Positions 35,042 through 48,963 are shown, counted from the first letter of the stretch. The stretch: DNA of 64,000 nucleotides from Somniosus microcephalus (GCA_052327205.1 CM126228.1:8246001-8310000), one strand, 5' to 3'. Translations and numbers: made by a program. Notes: generated from the letters alone by a model not told the origin.

Positions 35042-38000
35042 AAAGTCATGTGTGTGTGTGTGTATATAAATACTAAGTTTTGTGATATTTTAATACTATA
35101 CTGTGTATTCTATACACAGAATAGTATTTTTGGTTCTGACTATCATTTTTGCACTTAAACTGGCAGGTGCTAAGACCTGGGGAAGTTCTGAATGAAGTGG
35201 TAGGTTCCCAAATGCAGCTTTGGCTTTTTTGTGCTGTCAACAAGCTTCCTGTTTCTTTCCCCCCGCCGCCATCTTTGTTTGCCTCTCTTCCTCTGATGGC
35301 CAAGTCTGGGTTCTCTTGGCACTTTTCAGCATCTGCTTCACATCTGCTTGTTATTGTTTTGGAATGCTTTCATTCAGCTGAAAACATTGAGCCTGGTTTA
35401 TGACAAAGTGGTAGGGGGTGAACGACAGCACAGAAATGATTTAAAAGATGGAATGGAGAAAAAAATAATACAAATGAGAGAAAAAGATCAAAAAATTATG
35501 AATGAGAGAACTAAAGAATACAATTTTTAAGAATGGTTGGGATAGCTTAAAAAAAATGTAGGAATAAAGAATTCAGAGAAATTATGAAAAGATCTCTCTC
35601 TAAATCCAGGACCAATAATAAGTTTATTTTCAGTGGTGTAGGCGATGGAACCTCTCATTCTGATCTTTTTTCTTTAGTTGTTAACACAAATACAAAAACT
35701 TTCTCCAAATAAAACCTGAAACTTGAAACCAATCCATCCCACTGAATCTGTAAAATGAGCATGTTATTTAAATCTTTCCCCAACATGGAAAGATTAAAAA
35801 CTGAATGCAATATTGGCACATGTATCACACACTGCTTTTAAAAATAACTTGAACTGCTCCATTAACTCCGTCCAAGTCGATATATAAAGTGTGATAATTC
35901 TTAAGAGGTTGGAGATGTGATTTCTGTGACACTCAATTTTGCATGTACTAACAGGTGCAAATTAAACTGTCTTTCTAAACACAACTAATTATTTCCATGT
36001 TTGAGAATATTACAAACTGAAACAATCCTGTTTAATTTCAACTCTTTTATGTTGCTGCAGAACCGATTATGAAATTCTGAAGCAGAAATGTGTGTCTAAT
36101 GTGTTCCAGGCTGTTCTGCTAGAAACGGGGCTTTTTTGGAGGGAGAAGGCAAGGGGATTTATGTTGTCTCGTCTGTTTGTCTACCCATAAATTTGTTACT
36201 TCTGTTCTGATTTGTTTTTCCCCCAAAAATGTGCAAAATTTTAACAAAACTAACTTTGTAATTGTCATCCCTTTATCAAATGCTGGGCCTTGTTAGAAAC
36301 TTAGCAACTGCATAACCACCCACTTGCCCTGCATTCATGCATGCAAGAAGTAAAGTGCCACCTCAATTAATTAATCAGCTCTTAATCAGACTTCAAAAGT
36401 GTTCTCCCTGATCTGTTTGAGAATGAAATTGTTCAAAACCATACTTTTTCAAAAATAAAATTGTATTCTTTGTAATAATTTCCAAGAAATTAAACATCTT
36501 CACCATGTTTTACGGTGTGTTGTCCACTAAATTTATTTCCCCCCCCTTGCTTTTCTCCTCTTTCTGACTTTCCTTATCCAGACATCTCCTGTGGCTGATG
36601 GGGCAGACATGTACCTGCATCTGGCTCCGAGGCTTATGTCAGTGCTCCTCTAGATCTGGTTACTTGGAAGGATCTTAAGCTGCCCAGGGATGATACAAAT
36701 TCCATTCAGCAGCTCCCACATCAACAGGAGTAAAATCGGCAACTTTGTAGAGTGAGGGATGCAAGCCTGTGTCTCACTGCTCTTTGCACTGGATGTTAGT
36801 GCTCATTAATGCAATACAGTCCCATTGCAATTCAGACTACTACACTTCCACAATTAGGTTGACTTTTCAAGCCACGGTTGCTAAGCTGCATTTCTATCAA
36901 ATCTCTGCTAAACCTTACTAAATTGTTTTAAAAGTTTTTAATTCATAATTTCTATTCAGATACCAATTTTGCAACACGTTTATTTAAAATATTGGATCTT
37001 TTTCCCTTGTGATTCACTCTTTTTCCCTTCTAATTATCTGTTTTTATATTTATAGTGATATTCTCTTATGTCATCTTTTTGAATACTTTATGTCTTAATT
37101 ATATTAGCAATGAACCATCGGAGAACTCTTAAACTCCCTCACATGCTCCAGTTACTAGTAAAGATACTACCAGGCAGTGAACTGGCATGGATTCTGTCTA
37201 ACCTATCTTGGTAGTCTGTTTCTGAATTTTGAAGAAACTAATTGCAGTGAAACTGCTGTTACTTTCTGTTCTCTAGTTTGCCAGTCCTTTCAAGTGTTGA
37301 TGCAATGATGTCGTAACATCTTTGCAGCACCACCAACTTGTATATGCATGCTGCAGGTGAGAAACCAGTAGGTGTTCTCAATTCACAGCCAGCTAAACAG
37401 CCACAGACCATTCCAACAGGTTACGGTTGATCTAGTATACAATTGTATTGGTCTCCCATTGCCCAATTCTTGCCCCAGTATAAATGGGACATAAGTAGTT
37501 GCCTCAAACCTATAATTAAAATTAATCACAAATGCAGAAGTTAAAGCAATCACACTGTGCCTACCAAAGATATACTGGTGCGACTTGAATGTGTGAATGT
37601 GATGATATTGGGCCCCTTTTAAATTGCACATCCTTCTCAATTAACACCTTTTTTGAAGGAGGAGAGGGGGAATATTCTCCCCATGATTCCTGCACACATT
37701 TCTGGTTCTGCATCCTATAAAACTACGATTGAAAACGTTCATCTTGATGTTAACACACAGATTCACAATATTGTTTACATACTCATTTATTTTTTCAAAT
37801 ATATAAATGTGTGTAAAATATATATAATAATTTACACACACAGATCAAATATTCAAAATTAATTGGGACATGTTTTTAAAGGAAAGCACATCAGATATGT
37901 GTTGGTTATTTTGGTAGAAAAGGTTCTTAGCCCCCACCTTACCTTACATATCAGGTTCGGCTGCGAGCAAGTTTTTGGTGGGGGGAAAAGGGAGGGAACA

Positions 38001-38796
38001 GAGAGAAGAGAAAGAGTAAGGTGGGGAGAGGTAGATGAAGCTTTATAGAAACCACTTTAAAAACGTCTTTATAATCCAAGCTGGCAATCTGTACAATCAG
38101 AGTGTCAGCATGGGGGAATTATGTATAATGAAACCATTGGACCACAGCATGTCGGTAATACTCTTTACATAGAATGTCGGTCTGGATCAATCTAAACATC
38201 TAGAAATGTTTAGATAGAATATATACAGTTAATAATAAAATGTAGCTGCAGGTAAGTAAAGTAAGGTGTTGCACTTTGCTGGGGGTGGGGGTGTGCAGGG
38301 CACAAAGCCCCACTGAACTGGCTAATTCAGCTTTTCTAAAATGTTAATGAAAATTTAACACACAATTCAATCTTCAAGGCAGTTTATCTGAAGTGGAGCT
38401 GATGGCTAATATTTCCACTAGCAGGTCTCTCCAGTACTTATAAAGGGAGGGGGAGAAAGAAAATTCACAGCTGTATTTAATTGATAGAATGAATCAATTA
38501 TACTCATACTGCATTGTCAGATTCAAGTGAAACATCGAGCTCCTGCATTGTGTTACTGCATAATGTAATGGAAAATAATTATATCACATTAAAGTTGCAA
38601 TTTGTCAGCTTTTTTTTAATTAATGCTGTGCTTCTGGGTTGGAGGAGTGGGGGGAGGTTGGAGTGGAGGGTAATGGACCAATCGGAGCATTTCTTTAATA
38701 TATTTTCTTACAGAAGGGTGACACCACTGGTATGTTGGTAGATTTTAGATTTGTGTGTTGGTTGGCAACAAAGTAACCTTGTTATTAAAAATGATT

Positions 38797-39770
38797 GGGG
38801 ACTGGGGGCATAGTGGTTTTGAACACCGTCCTTTCATCCTTGGGACATGAATTTTAATCCAGCCCAGCATACTGGGAGAAAATCTCTGTTGGCTGTAAAA
38901 GTCCAATGTGAAATGAGTTTGGGCAGCTTCAGCCCAGATTGCATTGGATATTGGCACGCAACTGGCCTTAACACAGCACTAAATTGTCAGGCCCTGAAAT
39001 TTCACGGGCTGCGATGCTGATACTTATGCCAGAATTCTGTCCACTGGAGGCTTCCCGCGCTGGCCTTAGCGGAGAATACACGTTATGGGGAGGGCACCTA
39101 ATTAGCATGGAGCTCACCGTTGCCCACACCACTAAGGGTGCATCTCAAGCACCTGCTTCCCCTAAGCTGGCAGGAAATCTGGTCTCAGGCCCCAAAAGCA
39201 CTCCAAATCGCCCCTCTTTGTATCGCAGCCACCTAAAAACTAGCAATCTTAAGTAGTATTTTGGGGGTTCAAGCCACTTGCCCCCTAGGATGGACCCCAG
39301 TTCTGCTGGGTTAGTGGCCAGTATGCGTCTTTTCGTTGCGCAAACTAGTTGCCACTTTCGAATGCCAGCTTCTGGCTGACTGTGGGGCCAAGTAAACACC
39401 TGGCCTGGGACTCCCTGCCCCCTCTGACATGAGGGACCACGGTTCTGTCCCAAAACACGAACCCTGAAATCAAATCACAGAAGCCAGGACCTAATGTTGT
39501 CAGGTGCTGGCCTGTTTCCCAGGTCTAGCATCATACTGCTGCCATATCTCCAAAAGCAAAAATGTCACACTGGTGCAATACGGGGGTGCTTTACTGAAGA
39601 TGGATCCAAGACATGCTGTGGGGTAGTGTAGAGCCGGCTTTACCATGCAGCTAGCCTTGTTCTACTTGGCCAGGGAGTACTTGATGCTAACACTATGTAC
39701 CTGAAATGGGAAAATAGCCATTCCCCAGTGCAAACATCCCTTGCCTTGGTAAGCAGAAAAACTCACCCCC
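38797..39770 (+). mobile_element. LF-SINE-like element split by an insertion of about 500 bp (about 38990-39490)
   Basis: 5' part (GGGGACTGG...CCTTTCA...AATCCAGCCCAG...TGTGAAATGAGTT) resembles the LF-SINE consensus as remembered. The 3' part at 39490-39770 is similar to 19085-19300. Confidence 0.5.
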
Positions 39771-40130
39771 AAAAATGTAATTTCCCTTATATTCAGTGGG
39801 AACTGACATAGTTTGAATTTCAGCTAATTCATTGGGGAAGGATGTATGAGTGAAGATTCTAATTAAAAAAAAAATTGCTGCTTTGAAAATTCTCGCTTCA
39901 TGTGGGGAGGGAGAAGATTGGTCAAATCACTTGTAAATTGTGCTTGTGTTCAGCGGGTATCACATAACTAGTACATTTTGTGCTTTGAATCATCTTTTAA
40001 TTTGAAAGGCAGCGGATTTGAATGCACGGGGAACAAATGCAGCATTTAATCTTGGATTTGTACCAGAGCCAGAGAATGTTATTTATATCGGATGTGTAAA
40101 CAGCACTGTAACTGTATTATGCTTTCTTTC

Positions 40131-40295
40131 NNNNNNNNNNNNNNNNNNNNNNNNNNNNNNNNNNNNNNNNNNNNNNNNNNNNNNNNNNNNNNNNNNNNNN
40201 NNNNNNNNNNNNNNNNNNNNNNNNNNNNNNNNNNNNNNNNNNNNNNNNNNNNNNNNNNNNNNNNNNNNNNNNNNNNNNNNNNNNNNNNNNNNNNN
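40131..40295. other. Assembly gap or masked stretch of 165 N
   Basis: Run of n, flanked by pyrimidine-rich sequence on both sides. Confidence 1.
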
Positions 40296-40369
40296 TTTCT
40301 CTCAGTGATCGTAATGTGTCCAAGTGAGTCATTTTGATTATGACATGCTAATTACATATTGCCTTTCAG

Positions 40370-40396
40370 ATTCAGAAAAACCAGGGATCTTTAATG
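40370..40396 (+). CDS. MAP2K5: MAP2K5 27-nt microexon IQKNQGSLM
   Basis: gcctttcAG acceptor with TGCTAAT branch-point-like motif at 40346-40352, GTaagg donor. Exact MEK5 peptide. Confidence 0.96.
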
Positions 40397-40723
40397 GTAA
40401 GGTTTTATGAGTTTGCGGAGAAAAAAAATTCACTTTTTTTTTCCTGCTGGCTGCCTTTTTGCATGCTTGAGTGCTTTACTTTAAACTTAGCAAATTGCAT
40501 TTTTGTTACAACAAGCACTAAAGTGCCTGTAGTAGATTAGGTATCATTAGAAATAATAGAACATCTAGGGTGTCAATGTTTTTATAAGACTTTCGCGCTG
40601 TTGATTAATCTTGCAACATTTTACTGCATTAATGATTTTCTCAGTCTACTGTAAAAGACTGCATATAAGTTAATACTTCTCTCTATTCCAAACCCCCCCC
40701 CCCCCCCCCGCTTGCGATTGCAG

Positions 40724-40756
40724 CCACTACAGTTATTGCAGTGCATCGTTGATGAG
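40724..40756 (+). CDS. MAP2K5: MAP2K5 33-nt exon PLQLLQCIVDE
   Basis: Poly-C tract then ttgcAG acceptor, GTgagt donor. Exact MEK5 peptide. Confidence 0.96.
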
Positions 40757-42806
40757 GTGAGTCACTGTCTTATGTGCTTTCTCTTCTAAAGTCATTCTTA
40801 ATGGCCTGGAAAGTTTTATTTATATAATATACACATTATTTTTTTTTCTTAATGAAGCTCTTTGCTCAAAACAACCTCTTAAGCCCTGCCACCCGGTGCA
40901 ACCCCTTAGCCATCAAACCTAGCCACGCCAGACTTATATAGAGCTCAAGCCTGACCTTATCCATGTACACCATTCAGGCACTGTACAGGAACTAGGTAGA
41001 GCCATGCCTCGAATTGCTGAATAATTACCTTTAGACTAACCTGAGCAGGAGCCTTCCCAAGAGGCCCAGCTCATTTAATGGCTCTAAAACTCAATCTAGA
41101 GGATGTCAGTGGTCATGCTTGATTATTTGCCGTGGTATTTTATGAAAGCAATAAAAAAGCTTGAGACTGAGGAAAAAAATAGAGAAACGTTGACTAATTT
41201 CAGGGGGGGGTTTTTTCCTCTGAATCGGGTCCCTTTGGTGTGACAGGTATTGTGACTGTTTCATGCTGCCTTGCCTTAGTTATTTCAGCACTATGAAGAA
41301 GTACTGCTGTGCTCCCTCAGCTTATAATTGACAAGAGACCAGAGATAGCCCCTAAACGGTGACGGAGCTCCACTGTTCTCAAACTGACATTTTGTGTTAA
41401 AAAAATAGCTTGTATTAATGAATTTCTGTGGGGGGTTTTTTGTCCTGTAAGGTTGAGCTTACTCACAAACTTGGTAAGATAATTTTTTTCTGCCGGCCCC
41501 ATCTCCCTCCTCCTTTGCCCACTTTATGACCACTGAGTCCCTAGATTCTTGATTGTTTGATTATTTTTATCCAGATTTTTCACAAACTGCAACTGTGCTC
41601 GCCCCGAGGCAAAAGAATATTGATTACGCTGTAAAATAACAAAATTTGCACACAGGCTATAACAGATCATCAGGGAGATTTTTTTACCCCCCCCCCCCCC
41701 CCCCCCCTTTTTGTGGCGGTCTCTCTCAATACACACATTAAGTGTGTTTGCTGCCTCTGTGCCTTTTTCTTTATGCCTGAGCACTTTGCTGACATGTGCT
41801 AATAACCAAATGCCAAGAGAGAGTCCAGTTGGTGTTACCACACACTAAACATACTGAACTTGTCCTTTAGCTCATAGATTGCAGGTAATTAATAATTAAA
41901 CTGTTTCAGTTGTAATGGGTTGACCTCCATGAACTGTTCATTACTCACATGGCAAAGGCATCACTCAAAGTATTTTTTCATTGCCCTTCTCTGTACCCTA
42001 GCTGCATATGTGGAATTCAGTGAGCCACCTACATTTAAGCTGACCAAGTACTTGCTTAAACCACTGCAAATTAAAGCTTCCTACAATGTGTATATTGTGC
42101 TTTGGGAAAGAGGGGACAATATTTGCATCCTCTGTGTGCCATTTTGTTTAGAAATTGGAAAATACACTGAGGCTATTAATTGTGTGACAATTCATATCTA
42201 TGGCCTCATTCAAGTGTGGCTTTTTGGCACTTGGCTCACTTGTGCTTAGCCACGCTTGAAGATAAACTATTTTCCCTATTAGATAGCCTAATTGTTCTTT
42301 AACCTGCTATTTTAAAATGCTAGGTCTATTGATCTCTGCCCCCACCTCCACCCCGTCTCCCCAGTTCTCTCATTCAGAATTACCTCTCAATAAAGGATAT
42401 AATTTCAATTTAAAAAAAATTCAAACCCCCAGCAATGCTGGGTAAATAAGAGTTATTAATTGAAGATAGTCCTGGCGTGCCATCATCAAATTGGAGAAAA
42501 TAAGATTGCAGCTATCATTTTTTTAAAGCTAAAATACAGCAAAATAGCAACACATGAACTCTACCTAAATATATAGGCCTTGAACTGACACCATGGGAAA
42601 CTAGTGTACAGTTAACATGTTCTTCTCAAATTCCTTCCTCCTTGCTACTTTAACAGAGGCATTAACCCATTTAAAATAAGTAGCAAAGCAAGGAATTTCA
42701 GATAAACATTAAGTGTTCGTTCACTAATATTCTAAAGGTGACAATATTTTCCTGTGTTACAATAATCTCTTTTTTTCCCTCTTGAAATTGTACTAATAAA
42801 GAATAA

Positions 42807-43210
42807 GTGTCAGATTGGCTCAGTTGGTCGCATTGTCACCTCTGAGTTAGAAGGTCATGGGTTCAAGTCCCACTCCAGGACTTGAGCAGATTAAGCTAGG
42901 TTGACATTCTAATAAAGTACTGAGAGGGCACTGCATTGTCAGAAGTGCTGCCCTTCAGATGAGACATTAAACCAAGGCCTGATCTGCCTGTTCATGTGAC
43001 TCAGAAGGAAATAAGAGCCAGTGTCCTAGCCAACATTCTTCCCTCAACCAACAAAAACACATTGACTGGTCATTCATCTCATTGCAAAATGGCTGCCGTA
43101 TGTATCTACATAACGACAGTGATTACATGTCAAAGCAATTCATTATCTGTGAAGCACTTTGGGGCATCCTGCAAGATAATGATGAGGTGCTAAATAAATG
43201 CATATTCATT
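42807..43210 (+). mobile_element. DeuSINE copy
   Basis: TGGCTCAGTTGG A-box, GGTTCAAGTCCC B-box, TTCAGATGAGACATTAAACC core, GTGCTAAATAAATGCA tail. Confidence 0.8.
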
Positions 43211-46167
43211 CTTCTATTAAGACAGTGCCAGTTTTCAGCTCTTATGCTATTATCTTCATTGTTGCCCTTTTGCCTGCAGAATTGTCAGTGCAGTGTGCCC
43301 ATTTAAAAAAAATTAAACAAACTATATATGTAAATAAAATAACAAATGTCTAATGATGAATTTTAATTAATGCCTCAACAGTGGGGTCCATTGCCATTCA
43401 TTAATTCCTCAAGCTTCACTCGTGCTAACTGCTTTTATATTGCCCTTGATTTAATTGGGATTTAAGAGGATCAGTGTTCATGAGCCTGTTCCTGGTGTTT
43501 ACATTACTGAATCGTTCCCTTACGCCAATAGCGAACTTATAGGCCCAGTGTGCTGCTGGGGTAAGGGAGCCAGGTTTAGTAGTATAAACACTGGGAGCTG
43601 GTGGCTCACAGACACCATTGTCCTGGAATCTGAATTTAAACAAAGCCAATATAAAGCAGCTAAAGTTTGTTATTGTAAGAAACATTTGGTTGTGGTACCA
43701 CCCTTTTGACTTAATGACAGCGCCTCTATTAATCTAAGCATATCTTGCAAGAGGATATAAGGCATCATACAGAAACTGAAAGTACTGGAGGAATAGAAGA
43801 ACTTCACCCCGAGTACTACCCTGGCCAAGTTTCCAGCATAAATCAGTCGCCCCCTCCACAGTGTTTCCAGCTGAGCAAAAGCAGCGAAAAGGTTGACTGA
43901 ATAGAAGGTTAATGTACTAGGTATTTTCCTGAATTAAATTAAACTGTTATCTGCCACTAAATTCTTCTGTAAATATCAGCCGGAGTTTATTTTCTGTTTC
44001 AGTTTTAAATAAAAGCAAGCTCTTAATCTGTTTTCCCACTTCTGTCTCGGTTCTAATGGATTTTTGTTTGAGAAGGGAAACTTCAAAATTATAACTGGTC
44101 TTCGCTCCAGTGAACAGATAGCTGTAGGATGGTATTGGTGCTATACTTCACCCATGTGATTATTGTACATATATATATAATAATATAAAGGTCCTGACCC
44201 ACCTGCCTAAAAGAAAACATTCTGGCCAAATCCACACCTATTTTTAAAAATATATATACACACACACACATACACACGTCAAAAAGGTCAATAAATGTTG
44301 TGATTGGCCACTTTCATACTCCTTTGACTCGTGCTGGCAGCTGCTCTGACCTGCTGCCAGAGACCTTGGCTGCTTGCCTGCAGTAATGGAGGAAAAATTT
44401 AAATAACTTACCAACAAAAAAAAATCAATAAATATATTGGTGCACTATAAATACATCTATAGAAGTGGAAGTCTGTTGGCATTATGACCTCAGTTGTGCT
44501 TTTGGAGGTGTCCCGCCCCTCCACTGCCTGATCATAAATCTCAGGGTAATGTTAGACCTTATATATAGATGTTAAAGACTGGGATTGTGATGCTCATTGC
44601 CAAATGGGTTTTTATTCACTGACTTTCCCTACCTCTGTCTCCCCTTAATTTACTTTTCTGATTTGATTGTATTCTTCCAGCAGCCTCCTGTTGTATAAAT
44701 GGGAGACAAAGCTCAGATGAGAGATCTACTTAATTTTCTCCCTTGTAATTACTGATCTCATTTTTCTGATAATTTGAAGTTGTAATTGGCTACGGCAATT
44801 ACATGTATATTTACTAATCACATTTGAAGCTCTGATTGTATCTATTTGCTACCATTGATAATGAAGCACACAAATTGCAGAGGTGCTTTTCATCTTATTT
44901 TTTCATCACATCAAAGCTTCTTCAATCACCTCCCCCCCGCCCCCCCCCCCCCCCCCCCCGCCACACACACACACACTTTTTTTTTCTTTTTTTTTCCCAT
45001 AATGAATACACGCGCGCATTTGACACAGTTATATAGTAGAGAAATTGTTTGGCTCCTACCAAATGCTACACACATTGAGTTTTGCCTGAAGCATTGAAAG
45101 GTTGTATGTAATGATATATTGCTCATCCAAATGGCTGAAGCAGTCCAAAGCACTGTGAGATTAAAATAAGTCATCTCTTTGTTAATTTAAATAGGTGCAT
45201 GTATCATACTTTGCGGGGTAGTTTTAACAGGGATGTCACGGAGAATGCAGCCAAAAGGTATTTTTAATGGAAAAATGAGAACAGATGAAAATGCAGTCAC
45301 TTCCAGCTGCCTTTTATATTCTGCTCTTCAGCAATTGCAAATTTGATGAGGCAGCCATTAAACTCCCGCAGATCTTAATTTTAAGAAATTTCTGCGCATA
45401 ATTCTGCAAGATTTGAAGTCTTTTTTTTGTTGAAATTGCAAACGAATTGCATCCGAGGGTTTTTGCTATGTACTGGGAGGTGCAATCAGCTTGCTGCCTT
45501 TAAATTGGCTGCTGCAATAACGGTTTGCTTATAATTGTAATGGTAATTTTTTTTATAGTTTTACTGGGATTTATGCAGTTAGTAAACCAATTGTGTGCCA
45601 GCAAATTGATTATTTTTGGGATATGTCTCTAATATTTTTCTGAATAACTTTTTTTGGTAAATTAATGATTGCTACTGGTCCCAGTGAAGTGTTAAAGTTT
45701 GAAGTTATATAAAAACAAGTTTTCAATAACCTGCCTCCTTTTAGGGCAAATTTTTGATTGATGCTGTGGTGACTTTCCATCTACTGTGTCTTTTAATTTT
45801 TTGTGAAGTCAATTCCTCTTGCACAAAATTAAAGAAAATGATTCTAGGTTTAGATATCAAAATAACTAAATATTGTGCATAGTACAGTATTTACCTTGAA
45901 GTCTGGTAATTATCCGTGTGAAATGAGAATTGATTATCTTATATTAACAATAGCTTAGATGTCCAAAGTCCAGCTAAAGACATTTAAGTTAAAAAATCGA
46001 TCAATATCCTTCTCAAATGTTCAGGTTTGGGGTCAAAGAGACTGACATAGAATTACTCAATTTGTCAGAAAAATTGCATGTAATTAAAATAACCACAATT
46101 TTTTTGTTTGATTTCTCCCTCTCTCTCTCCCTCTCTCACACATACTCTTTGTCTTACTGCTTCCCAG

Positions 46168-46229
46168 GATCCACCAGTCCTTCCGGTTGGGGAGTTTTCT
46201 GAGCCATTTGTACATTTCATCACTCAGTG
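46168..46229 (+). CDS. MAP2K5: MAP2K5 62-nt exon DPPVLPVGEFSEPFVHFITQ(C)
   Basis: ttcccAG acceptor, GTaagc donor, ends in phase 2 (TG). Matches MEK5 DSPVLPVGEFSEPFVHFITQC. Confidence 0.96.
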
Positions 46230-47699
46230 GTAAGCTCAGTTTGCAAACGTGCCATCCCCTCAGTGTAAATGATACATTCCATTAGCTCTCAGACTCCAGG
46301 AGACCTTATGGCTCTCCTACGTCTTTCCATAGACAGGGAGGGACTATGGGCCGTGAGCAGATGGATAGCAAAGAAGGAAAAGAATACTGTTGCTTAAATT
46401 CTGTGACTGTTATTTACATGGAAGGTCATACAACACCGTAACATGGAGCAGCTTCTGAAATTATCAGATGTCACATAAAAGTTTTACAAAGGGGAAGGAG
46501 GGGTAACTGGTGTGAAATGTTCACAGATGTCAAGCTGAAACCTAAATGATGGTGGGTAATAGCTTTCTTTTCCCTGGAGAAGCAGCTACTTTGGAATCAT
46601 AGATTAGGACTGTTACCAAACAAGTCTTTAGACAGCTTGAATTGCTTGCTAATGGGTGCATTATTCCAGAGGTGCATATGTTTGTTTATGGAGACAGCAA
46701 ATTGTCCTCTGCGATAGTTAATGGTTTATAACTATGCTTCTTGTTTAGTACTCGAGTCTGTTAATTTTTCGAGTGTCATCCTTTATTAGCATAAGATGTT
46801 ATGGGAATACATTGCCTCAAATGACAGTTGCACTTCATAGAAAATAACCCGTGTATTATAAAAGCATTAAAAGATGTTTTGATGCAAAAAGAAATACCTT
46901 TTATTGAATTGTTTTTTAAAGTGTACAATTTTGCTGAAGGGTTTGGTTTGTAATTTAATTTGTTTTAATCATTCACAGCTATTTTCTGCTAAGTGACTGA
47001 AGGCATTATCCTTTTCCCATCTCAGATTTTAAAAAAATAAACAAATACAGTATTGAAAAGCCAACCCAGATAGTCTGTTCTTTTACATGTCCCAGCCCTC
47101 TCGTAAACTGCAAGTACATGAAATAAATGTAATTAAAGCAGATGGTAGTAATAGTGATATCACAGCTGTCATCTTTTGTGTCTGTATGTCTCCAAAAAAA
47201 AAGGGTATCATTTAAGGAAATGTTATTTTTTTAAAGTGAAAAGAAAATTATTTTTAATTTCACTTTTTAAAAAGTGTTGCCTCTGTAATGATTAGAAGAA
47301 ATGCCAGTATTTTACATATCTGATTTTGGAAGTTTGGAAGTACAACTTGTGAGGATTCGAGAATTTTTTTTTTATTTGTTTATGGGATGTGAGCGTCGCT
47401 GGCAAGGCTAGCATTTATTGCCCATCCCTAATTGCCCTTGAGAAATTGTAAAGATGGAGTTGCATTTTCCTTAATTCTCTTAGGATTGGTGTAGCATTTT
47501 TCCATTCTGTCCAGAAATTATGCAATACGGTATTGAAATTGCTGATTTACTTGCGAGTGCGTTCTAAGCAGAGGTCTGGTTCATATGTGTCTACTTTATT
47601 CCTATGCGGTTCTGTTATTTCACAGTTACGTTTTCATAGAACATCATTTAGCATTTTTTTTTTAAGTTTCCTCTCCAAGACTGTGTGGGTAAATATTCC

Positions 47700-48135
47700 A
47701 TATAGTGTGGTACTGAGCCATACAGACCCGAGGTCTCAGGTTTGCTAGTTTTGTGGTGATCTCAGCAGAGGCAGCGGTAAGGGCAAGACAGTTGGTTCCT
47801 GTGTCCCCAGGCTAAGGAGGGGGAAAAATTCTGCTTGGGTTCCCACTCCTAATTGCTATACAGTGACCTCCATTCTAAAACATGTGTGTGTGTGTAAACA
47901 TCAGATGAGGGTGGGATCAGGCTCATCCGAGATGTTCCCCCATGGTCAATTAGTCCACCAACACTTTTTTTTTTAATTATTCGTTCCTGGGATGTGGACA
48001 TCGTTGGCAAGGCCAGCATTTATTGCCCATCCCTAGTTGCTGTCCAGGCTTGCATGTGAAGAATGGGCACTTAGTGCATGTTCCAGAGTGCAGCTGGCAT
48101 CTGTGGAACCATAGCCCATCTTAAAGAGAGGGACG
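47700..48135 (+). mobile_element. Same old SINE-like family
   Basis: GTGTGGTACTGAGCCATACAGACC...GTGAAGAATGGGCAC. Confidence 0.6.
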
Positions 48136-48963
48136 TTGAGGAAAGAAAATGGGTGCCGCTTGCCACCACAATCTTCTTACCAGGACTATAGTGTAGTTTG
48201 TAACTGCAGACTGATTCCTGACTACCATCAGTACTGCTCTGCAGAATTTTTTTCTCCTCTTCTTCCTCCTAGTTCAATATGGAGAAAGGTCTCATCGTAT
48301 GTGTTTATTTTTTTTCTTGAATTTTGGTGCACTGTGCTGGAGAGGGTGGAATATAGGACTTTACCTGTGATTTCTCTCATGGTAAATTTCATGTCTTGTG
48401 GTTGGGAGAGGGTGAGAACTGAGCATACAAGATGGCAGCTTGCTCTTTGGAACCTCCTGGAGGCCAGCTCAAGAGCAGTACTGACAGTGTGCAGGAGTCT
48501 GTCCACTTACCAGGAGTGGTGCATTGATGGGGGAGGGTGGATGGAGCTTTACATCATATTGGATTCTTATATAAATAGATAAAGTATGGAATGAGGAAAG
48601 TACATTTTGCAGACTATGCACAGCTTGCACTGCCATAGACTCGTCACTAACTTCTTTATTTTCATGATTGAGGTAAAACTTTAATCTCAAAATTTGAAAA
48701 AATTCTTTAAATTTTGAGCCAATTTAATGGTTCATTGTACTAATTGCTGTTGCCCTGCCCTATAACTTTTTATTTTAATTTTGTAATTTCTCCCCCCTTC
48801 CAATTGAAATTTTCTCTCTTGCTGGGGTAGCTCCTGAAGTGGCAGCAGCATTTTGGTGCATCCCCCAAGTAGCCATTTTTTTGTGTGTGAGCCTGAATAG
48901 AGACTGCTCTTCTGTGAAGGGCATGACAGCCAAGCCCATTCCTGTCCTAATGCTGCACGCACG

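Noticed and set aside
41687-41707. Long poly-C runs here and at 44932-44959, poly-G at 58008-58021
   Set aside because: Simple homopolymers of uncertain length; no function inferable.
48136-48582. 148 aa plus ORF and 92 aa minus ORF
   Set aside because: No recognisable motif or supported splice structure; starts inside a SINE-like repeat.
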